Assembly: GCA_037189525.1 (NCBI GenBank)
Contig: JBBCJC010000003.1
Coordinates: forward strand, 480,001-544,000
Reading direction: 5' to 3'
DNA: 64,000 nt
Source of the DNA: Gemmatimonadales bacterium
GTDB lineage: Bacteria; Gemmatimonadota; Gemmatimonadetes; Gemmatimonadales; GWC2-71-9
Shown: piece after piece, positions 57,446-64,000 of the stretch
How positions within the stretch are numbered: position 1 is the first letter of the stretch
How the letters are laid out: each line of letters opens with the position of its first letter
The notes under the pieces: generated by a model
What the model saw: only the letters and a program-made list of their open reading frames with translations
Told to the model about the DNA's origin: nothing
Databases searched by the model: none
Position numbers and translations under genes: made by a program

Positions 57446-57799
57446 ATGCCTCGGGTAAAGAGCGGCGTGGCGCATCACGCCCGGAAAAAGAAGTACATGG
57501 CGGCAGCCAAGGGCGCGCGCGGTGCACGCAGCAAGCTCTACAAGGCTGCCAAGGAAACGGTCGAACGGGCGCTGCGGTATGCCTACCGCGATCGGCGTAA
57601 ACGGAAGAGCGAGTTCCGCGCGCTCTGGATCACCCGGATCAATGCGGCCGCTCGGCTCCACGATCTGTCGTACAGCCGATTTATGGCGGGCCTCAAGAAG
57701 GCCGGCGTCGAGATCGATCGGAAGATGCTTGCCGATCTCGCCGTTGCCGACGCGGATGCGTTTGCGCGTCTCGCCGAAGTCGCCAAAGGAGCCGCCTGA
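57446..57799 (+). CDS. rplT: 50S ribosomal protein L20
   Basis: [26 protein letters not shown] and [10 protein letters not shown]. Confidence 0.97.
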   Translation: MPRVKSGVAHHARKKKYMAAAKGARGARSKLYKAAKETVERALRYAYRDRRKRKSEFRALWITRINAAARLHDLSYSRFMAGLKKAGVEIDRKMLADLAVADADAFARLAEVAKGAA

Positions 57800-57827
57800 G
57801 CGCGTCGGCACCTGAGACACTGACGAC

Positions 57828-57864
57828 CACCCCCGCGCTCACCCCCTCGGTGGTCGCGGGGGTG
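57828..57864 (+). terminator. Hairpin between rplT and pheS (weak terminator or processing site)
   Basis: CACCCCCGCG / CGCGGGGGTG 10-bp stem with a poor U-tract. Confidence 0.4.
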
Positions 57865-57919
57865 ATTCGTTGTGGGACCGATCTGACCTTCGACCGATGG
57901 TGATGGGGCCGTTCTCTGC

Positions 57920-58990
57920 ATGGAGCCGACTGGATATTCCGAACTGGATGCGCTGCTGCCGCGGCTCGAGGCCCTCGCGGGTCTCGACGCGGCGGCGCTC
58001 GACAATGAGCGGATCGCGCTGCTGGGGCGCAAACAAGGCGCCCTGACGGCGCTGCTCAAATCGCTGCCCACCCTGGCGCCTGAGGACCGGAAGGCGTTCG
58101 GCGCTGCGGTCAACCGGCTCAAGCAGGCGTTCGAAGCGGCGTTCGAGAGCCGGGACGCTGCCTTGAACGGTGCGGCCGGCCACGCCGAACGCCGCGACCT
58201 GACCATGCCCGGCCGGCGCCAGTGGGTCGGCGCCGATCATCCGGTCACCAAGGTCACCGCCGAGATCTGCGACATCTTCCGCAGTCTCGGCTTTGCGGTG
58301 GCGGTAGGGCCCGAGGTCGAAGACGAGTGGATGAATTTCTTCGCCCTCAATTTTCCGGAAAACCATCCGGCGCTCGATGCGCACGACACGCTCTATCTGA
58401 CCGATACGGTCGAGCCCGCGGCGGATGAGCAGGGCCGAGGCGGCAAGCTCTTGCTGCGCACTCACACCTCGCCGGTGCAGATCCGGGTGATGCAGAGCGG
58501 ACCGCCGCCCTATCGGGTGGTGATTCCCGGCATGGTCTACCGGAACGATCCGTTCGATCCTTCGCACGCTCCGGCGTTTGCGCAGATCGAGGGCCTGGCC
58601 GTCGATGAGGGCATCGGTCTGGTCGACCTGAAGGCGACCTTGACGCATTTCGTGCACCGGTTCTTCAGTCCGACCACGAAGGTTCGCTTCCGGCCCTCGT
58701 ATTTCCCGTTCACCGAGCCGTCGGCCGAACTGGATGTCGAGTGCCAGCTTTGCCATGGCAGCGGCTGTCCGGCCTGTAAACACACCGGCTGGATGGAGAT
58801 TCTCGGCTGCGGCATGGTGCACCCCAACGTGCTCACCAACGCCGGCGTCGATGCCGAGCGGTATACGGGTTGGGCGTTCGGGATGGGGCCGGGGCGGGTG
58901 GCCATGAACCGGTTCGGTCTCCCCGATATCCGGTATCTCTACAGCGGTGATATGCGCTTGCTGCGCCAGTTCGGAGGAGCCGACCGATGA
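57920..58990 (+). CDS. pheS: Phenylalanine-tRNA ligase alpha subunit
   Basis: LLRTHTSPVQIR, FAQIEG, FRPSYFPFTEPS and GWMEILGCGMVHP. Confidence 0.97.
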   Translation: MEPTGYSELDALLPRLEALAGLDAAALDNERIALLGRKQGALTALLKSLPTLAPEDRKAFGAAVNRLKQAFEAAFESRDAALNGAAGHAERRDLTMPGRRQWVGADHPVTKVTAEICDIFRSLGFAVAVGPEVEDEWMNFFALNFPENHPALDAHDTLYLTDTVEPAADEQGRGGKLLLRTHTSPVQIRVMQSGPPPYRVVIPGMVYRNDPFDPSHAPAFAQIEGLAVDEGIGLVDLKATLTHFVHRFFSPTTKVRFRPSYFPFTEPSAELDVECQLCHGSGCPACKHTGWMEILGCGMVHPNVLTNAGVDAERYTGWAFGMGPGRVAMNRFGLPDIRYLYSGDMRLLRQFGGADR

Positions 58991-61377
58991 ACGTTTCCCG
59001 TCGCTGGCTCGAGGCGTTTCTGCAGCGCCCGCTCGACAGCAAGGATCTGGTTCCGCGACTGGCCATGCTTGGTCTCCCGCCGGATGCGGTCGAGTCGCTC
59101 CATGCGGAGCTGGCGCCTGTGGTGGTCGGCCAGGTGGTGGAGCTCAACCGCCATCCCAACGCCGATCGATTGCAGGTCTGCCAGGTCGATATCGGCGGTG
59201 ACCAGCGCCGCCAGGTGGTGACCGGCGCGACCAACGTGGCGCTGGGAGCTCGCTATCCCTTTGCGCCGGTCGGAACCACGCTGCCGAACGGGATCACACT
59301 CGAGAAGCGCAAGCTGCGCGGCGAGGTGTCCGAAGGGATGCTCTGTTCCGCCGACGAGTTGGGCATGGGGACCGATCACGACGGGCTCCTGACTCTCGAA
59401 GGCGATCATGCGGCGGGGACGCCCATCCTCGAGGTCTTCGATCTGGGCGACGAGCGCCTGGTGCTCGATATCTCGCCGATGCGCGGTGACCTGCTTTCGC
59501 ACAAAGGGGTGGCCCGTGAACTCGCTGCGTCGCTCAAGCTGACTTACCGGCTGCCGGCGGTGCCGGGTGTCAACCGGGCCATCGACGCCACGATCCGGCG
59601 TGCACCAGGGTCGTCGGGAACGCTGGCTGAGTGTGAGGCGTTTCCGGACGGGCTCGAGGTGGTCGTCGAAGGGGGAGCTGCGGGGAAGCGGTTCACCGCG
59701 GCCGTGATCGAGAATGTCCAGGTCGGGCCGTCGCCGGAGTGGCTGGTGCGCCGCCTGGCCGCCGTCGGGCAGCGGTCGATCAATAACATCGTCGACATCA
59801 CCAACTACGTCATGTTCGAAATCGGCCAGCCGTTGCACGCCTACGATGCGAGCCGGATCGGTGGCGGGCGGCTGGTGTCGCGTCTGGCGTGCGAGGGTGA
59901 GCGGCTCACAACGCTCGACGGGGTCGACCGGACCCTGACGGGTTCGATGACGGTCGTGGCCGACGGGAGCGTGGCTCTTGGCGTTGCGGGCGTGATGGGT
60001 GGCGGGCACAGTGAAGTCGGTTCGGAGACGACGACCGTGGTGCTGGAGGCCGCCTGGTGGGAGCCCGCGGCCACTCGGCTGACCCGTCGCGCGCTCGGCC
60101 TGGCGACCGAAGCCAGCCAGCGGTTCGAACGGGGCGCGGATCTCTTTTCGTTGCCCGAGTCGTTACGGCGGGCGATCGAGCTGGTGATCGCGGTTGCGGG
60201 CGGACGTTTGGTCGATGCCGTCGATGTCTGGCCCGAGGTGACGCATCCGCCGCGGGTCTTTCTCCGCCAGGCGCGGGTCGCGCAGGTCATCGGACTCGAC
60301 CTTCCGCTCGCGGCCATCGAGAAGACGCTGGTGGCTATTGGCGCCACGGTGCTGGCCAAACCGGATGATGCCCGTCTCGCCGTGGATGTGCCCGGCTGGC
60401 GGCGCGATCTGACCACGGAAATCGATCTGGTCGAGGAAGTGGCCCGGATTTACGGCTATGACCAGTTGCCCGACGGTCTCCGGCCTTTCCGGGCAGGCGC
60501 TCAGGTCGATGCGCCCAGTGAGCTGGTGTCGCAGACGATTCGGCGGGGACTCACGGCGGAAGGCCTCTTCGAAGCGGTCCTGCTGCCGATTGGTCCTGCG
60601 ACAGGTGCGGATGCCGTCCCGGTCCTGAACCCGCTGTCGGCCGATCACGGGTTTCTGCGGGAGCGGCTCCTGCCCGGGCTGATTCGGGAGGTGGAGACGA
60701 ATTGGTCCGCGCAGGTGCGCGATGTCCGTCTGTTCGAGATCGGGACCGGTTTCGCCAGGCCCGCCCAGGGTCGTCGTCCGGTCGAAACGCTCCGGGTTGC
60801 GGGCGTCGTGACCGGGGGGCGTCTGGCCGGACACTGGACCGATTCCGGGAAGACACCCGACCTCGACTGGTGGGATCTCCGCGGCCTGTTCGAACGTGCG
60901 GTCTCCCTGGCGAATCCCGGGGCGACGGTGCAAGTTGCGGGAGATCGCTTGGTGGCCATGATCGGCGATCGGCAGGTCGGTCAGGCCGGCCTCGAACAGG
61001 GCGATGCCCCCGTCTGGGCAGCTCCCCTCTTCGGGTTTGAAGTCGAGATCGATCCGAGCGCGCGGCAGGTGCCGCCGTTCGTGCCGCCGCCGGCGTTCCC
61101 AGCCGCCAACCGCGATGTGGCGCTGGTGGTTCCGTGGACCGTCTCCGCGGCAGCGGTCATCGCCGAGGCGCGGCGGGTTGGTGGCGCCACCCTGGAGGCA
61201 ATCGAGGTGGTCGACGAGTACCGGGGAGCAGGCGTCCCCGAATCGGCCCGCAGCGTGGCATTCCGGTTCCGATTCCGAAGTCGGGATCGGACCCTCAAGG
61301 ACGTGGAAGTCGATCAGGCGGTGCATCGGATTCGCGCTGCCGTGGAGAAGCATCTTGGCGCAAGCCTCCGGAGCTGA
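58987..61377 (+). CDS. pheT: Phenylalanine-tRNA ligase beta subunit
   Basis: HPNADRL, SEGMLCS, INNIVDITNYV, DLVEEVARIYGY and a C-terminal FDX-ACB domain. Confidence 0.97.
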   Translation: MNVSRRWLEAFLQRPLDSKDLVPRLAMLGLPPDAVESLHAELAPVVVGQVVELNRHPNADRLQVCQVDIGGDQRRQVVTGATNVALGARYPFAPVGTTLPNGITLEKRKLRGEVSEGMLCSADELGMGTDHDGLLTLEGDHAAGTPILEVFDLGDERLVLDISPMRGDLLSHKGVARELAASLKLTYRLPAVPGVNRAIDATIRRAPGSSGTLAECEAFPDGLEVVVEGGAAGKRFTAAVIENVQVGPSPEWLVRRLAAVGQRSINNIVDITNYVMFEIGQPLHAYDASRIGGGRLVSRLACEGERLTTLDGVDRTLTGSMTVVADGSVALGVAGVMGGGHSEVGSETTTVVLEAAWWEPAATRLTRRALGLATEASQRFERGADLFSLPESLRRAIELVIAVAGGRLVDAVDVWPEVTHPPRVFLRQARVAQVIGLDLPLAAIEKTLVAIGATVLAKPDDARLAVDVPGWRRDLTTEIDLVEEVARIYGYDQLPDGLRPFRAGAQVDAPSELVSQTIRRGLTAEGLFEAVLLPIGPATGADAVPVLNPLSADHGFLRERLLPGLIREVETNWSAQVRDVRLFEIGTGFARPAQGRRPVETLRVAGVVTGGRLAGHWTDSGKTPDLDWWDLRGLFERAVSLANPGATVQVAGDRLVAMIGDRQVGQAGLEQGDAPVWAAPLFGFEVEIDPSARQVPPFVPPPAFPAANRDVALVVPWTVSAAAVIAEARRVGGATLEAIEVVDEYRGAGVPESARSVAFRFRFRSRDRTLKDVEVDQAVHRIRAAVEKHLGASLRS

Positions 61378-61660
61378 TGACGCACTGACGGCGCTCGAGC
61401 GGGCGGCTCAGGTCCTCGAGGCCGAGCTGGTCCGCTCACGCGAGCGCGCGGCCGCGGCGGAGACCGAACTCGAGGCCGTCCGCAATCAGGTGCCGGCGTT
61501 TTCGAACGACGACATTGCGGCGCTGCGCCAGCGGATCGAGGAGGTCGAGGCCGAAAATCTGGCGCTCAGGCGCCGGATCGAGGGCGCGCGTGAACAGCTG
61601 GAGCAGTTGCGCACGCGGGTGCGGTTCATGGGCGGTCAACCCGCGGGAGAACGGCGATGA
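61355..61660 (+). CDS. Coiled-coil protein, ZapB-like
   Basis: All coiled coil, between pheT and zapA; TTG start with a GGAG RBS. Confidence 0.6.
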   Translation: MAQASGADDALTALERAAQVLEAELVRSRERAAAAETELEAVRNQVPAFSNDDIAALRQRIEEVEAENLALRRRIEGAREQLEQLRTRVRFMGGQPAGERR

Positions 61661-61935
61661 GTGATTCGCGTCCCGTCGAAGTGATCATCGGCGGCCACAA
61701 ACTGCTGGTGAGTTCCGACCACCCGGCGGAATACACCAAAGCGGTCGCTGACCATTTCGATCAGGCCTTTCAGCGGATCCGCGCGGCGCTGCCGACGGTC
61801 GATGCGCATCGTGCCGCCATCCTGGCCGGGCTTGCCGTAACGGACGAGCTCTTCCAGGCCCAGCAGGCCGGGAAGGGAGCAACGGCGCGAATACGGGCGG
61901 TTGCTGCGCGATTGGAACAGTTGGTCGGGTCGTAA
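61657..61935 (+). CDS. zapA: Cell division protein ZapA
   Basis: VEVIIGG..L and AAILAGLAVTDELFQ; pheT-zapA-rny synteny. Confidence 0.8.
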   Translation: MSDSRPVEVIIGGHKLLVSSDHPAEYTKAVADHFDQAFQRIRAALPTVDAHRAAILAGLAVTDELFQAQQAGKGATARIRAVAARLEQLVGS

Positions 61936-62007
61936 CAGAAGCGTCCGGCAGTCGGACTCACACCATCAATCGCGGCGACGGCTGTCACCGCGTTCGGAGA
62001 TACAGCC

Positions 62008-63588
62008 ATGCCCCTCATGGAAATCGTCCTGGTGGGTGCCGGGGCGATTGGAGGCGTCCTCGTCGCACTGCTTGGCTACTCGGCCGTGTTGCGCTCCAAG
62101 CGGCGCGATGCGGCCGGGCTGATTGCCGCGGCGCAGGAGGAATCGGCCCGGACGGCCGCGGATGCTCGTACCGAGGCCGACAAGGTCCGGGCCGCGGCCG
62201 TCGTCGAAGGCAAGATGGAAGCGCTCAGGCTTCGTGAAGAAGCAGAGAAGGAAGCCGGCCGCCGCCGCGAGGAAATCGACCGGGTCGAGCGGCGTCTCGA
62301 CGAACGGGATCAGACCCTGGCGCGGCGGAACGAGGAGTTGGATCGCCAGGGCAAGTCGGTTGCCGGGCAGCAGAGCGCCCTGGCCCAGCGGGAAGTGCTC
62401 ATCGACGCGCGTCTCAAAGAGGTCGATGCCCTGGCGCACGAGCAGCGGCAGCGTCTCGAGCGGATTGCCGGGCTGTCGGTCGAAGAAGCGCGCAAGCAGT
62501 TCTTCCAGCGGGTCGAGGATGAGGCGCGGGCCCAGGCGTCGGCCCTGGTGCGCGAAATCAAAGATCAGGCAAAGCGGAATGCCGACCGCGAGGCCAAGCG
62601 GATCATTGCAATGTCGATCCAGCGCCTTGCCGCTGAGCATACGGCGGAGACCACCGTGTCCGCCGTGGCACTGCCGAGCGACGAGCTCAAGGGGCGGATC
62701 ATCGGCCGGGAAGGTCGGAACATCCGCGCCTTCGAAATGGCCACCGGTGTCGATCTGATCATCGACGACACGCCCGATACGGTCATCGTGTCATGCTTCG
62801 ACCCGATTCGCCGCGAAGTCGGACGGCGCGCGCTCGAAGCGCTGATTACCGACGGGCGGATTCATCCCGGACGGATCGAGGAGGTCGTCAAGAAGATCCA
62901 GAAGGAGCTGGAGGAGCAGCTGGTCGAACTGGGCGAGCAGGCGGCCTACGAGACGGGCATCCACGGGCTCCATCCTGAAATGATCAAGCTGGTGGGACGG
63001 ATGCGGTATCGGACGTCCTATGGGCAGAACATCTACGAGCACTCGAAGGAAGTCGCCTGGATTGCCGGGATGATGGCGGCGGAGCTCCACCTCGACGTCC
63101 AGCTCGCCAAGCGGGGTGGCCTGCTGCACGACGTCGGCAAAGTGCTGACCCATGACAACGAGGGCACCCACGTGCAACTCGGCGTCGAGGTCGCAACCAA
63201 GTATCGGGAAAATGCCCTCGTCATCAACTGCATTGCCGCCCACCACGACGACGTGCCGCACGAAACGGCGGAGTCGGTGCTGGTCCAGGCGGCCGATGCC
63301 ATCAGCGGCTCCAGGCCGGGCGCCCGGCGCGAGTCGTTCGAAACCTACGTCAAGCGCCTGACCAAGCTCGAGGAAATTGCGTCGAGCTTCGACGGCGTGG
63401 ACAAAGTCAATGCCATTCAGGCCGGCCGGGAGGTGCGGGTGATCGTAGTGCCCGAAAAGATCGACGATGCCCGTTCGCAGGAGCTGGCGGAAACCATCGC
63501 CAAACGGATCGAAGGCGAGCTGCAGTATCCCGGACAGATCCGGGTCACCGTGATTCGCGAGACCCGCGCCACCGGAGTGGCCAAGTGA
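62008..63588 (+). CDS. rny: Ribonuclease Y
   Basis: N-terminal TM, coiled coil, KH domain ([13 protein letters not shown]) and HD domain (LLHDVGK). Confidence 0.97.
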   Translation: MPLMEIVLVGAGAIGGVLVALLGYSAVLRSKRRDAAGLIAAAQEESARTAADARTEADKVRAAAVVEGKMEALRLREEAEKEAGRRREEIDRVERRLDERDQTLARRNEELDRQGKSVAGQQSALAQREVLIDARLKEVDALAHEQRQRLERIAGLSVEEARKQFFQRVEDEARAQASALVREIKDQAKRNADREAKRIIAMSIQRLAAEHTAETTVSAVALPSDELKGRIIGREGRNIRAFEMATGVDLIIDDTPDTVIVSCFDPIRREVGRRALEALITDGRIHPGRIEEVVKKIQKELEEQLVELGEQAAYETGIHGLHPEMIKLVGRMRYRTSYGQNIYEHSKEVAWIAGMMAAELHLDVQLAKRGGLLHDVGKVLTHDNEGTHVQLGVEVATKYRENALVINCIAAHHDDVPHETAESVLVQAADAISGSRPGARRESFETYVKRLTKLEEIASSFDGVDKVNAIQAGREVRVIVVPEKIDDARSQELAETIAKRIEGELQYPGQIRVTVIRETRATGVAK

Positions 63589-64000
63589 GCGCCAGAATTC
63601 TGGACGGGACGGCGATTGCTGCGGAGATTCGCAAGGATATCGAACGGGACGTGCGCGGACTGATCGGCCGGGGTGTCACGCCGGGGCTGGCTGTGGTGAT
63701 CGTCGGCGATGATCCGGCCAGCAAGGTCTACGTGGCAAGCAAGGGGCGCGCCTGCCTCGAGGCCGGGATGCACTCGGAAACGATCCGGTTGCCGGACACG
63801 ACTACCGAGGCGGAACTCCTGGCCGTGATCGACCGTCTCAATGCCGATCCGGCCATTCACGGCTTCCTGGTGCAGTTGCCGTTACCCAAGTCGATCGATA
63901 GCGATCGCGTCCTGCTCAGGATCGATCCGCGCAAGGATGTCGACGGCTTCCATCCGATGAACGTGGGCCGGGTGTCCATCGGCGATCCGCTGGCGTTCCG
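63585..64000 (+). CDS. folD: Bifunctional methylenetetrahydrofolate dehydrogenase/cyclohydrolase, partial (runs off the window)
   Basis: My translation from GTG 63585 gives [48 protein letters not shown]. Confidence 0.93.
   Translation, partial: MSARILDGTAIAAEIRKDIERDVRGLIGRGVTPGLAVVIVGDDPASKVYVASKGRACLEAGMHSETIRLPDTTTEAELLAVIDRLNADPAIHGFLVQLPLPKSIDSDRVLLRIDPRKDVDGFHPMNVGRVSIGDPLAF

Noticed and set aside
57800..57919. pheM-type leader peptide or T-box before pheS
   Set aside because: No Phe-rich mini-ORF, no T-box motif, and the region is too short.
61936..62007. 6S RNA at the usual position after zapA
   Set aside because: The gap is only 72 nt.
1..64000. CRISPR arrays, IS elements, rRNA, defence systems
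   Set aside because: By eye I found no spaced direct repeats, transposase, integrase, rRNA or recognisable defence genes.

Overview
High-GC bacterial chromosomal segment, probably Gemmatimonadota. This is inferred from the style of the Hanks kinase, an ADOP-type orphan permease, a barrel-less TonB-plug protein and a PEP-CTERM gene; it is not verified. 1-16.8 kb is a surface-polysaccharide locus: GT4, heparinase II/III-like, bi-domain oxidoreductase, PglC/D/E/F-like bacillosamine pathway, KpsS-like, pyruvyl transferase, an inserted PEP-CTERM gene with its own sigma54-type promoter, an SLBB export protein and a second GT4. 16.9-27.3 kb is accessory: a secreted protein and an M28 peptidase, then, between convergent tRNA-Ile2(CAT) and tRNA-Val(CAC), endonuclease V, an orphan permease, a Cys-less molybdopterin-fold protein, threonine dehydratase and a lower-GC islet with a tailspike-like beta-helix gene. 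27.4-64 kb is housekeeping: rfaE kinase, Wzi-like, asparaginase, obgE, dprA, hemW, hrcA, dnaJ, prmA, rsmE, HIT, mutS2, dnaG, recJ, rsmD, coaD, a degenerate Pta, RsbV/W/U-like module, rsmA, rex, arcA, DnaQ-like, MBL hydrolase, Ser/Thr kinase, infC-rpmI-rplT-pheST, zapB/zapA-like, rny and partial folD. I see no CRISPR array, transposase or integrase. The most notable unannotated signals are a ~180-nt promoter- and terminator-bounded structured RNA overlapping the mutS2 start (6S-like or attenuator), a Pta lacking catalytic residues between coaD and a sigma-less partner-switching module, an L20-leader-like attenuator plus a CTG start for infC, repeated leaderless gene starts, and the tRNA-Val islet. 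No clearly new multi-gene system can be proven from sequence alone.
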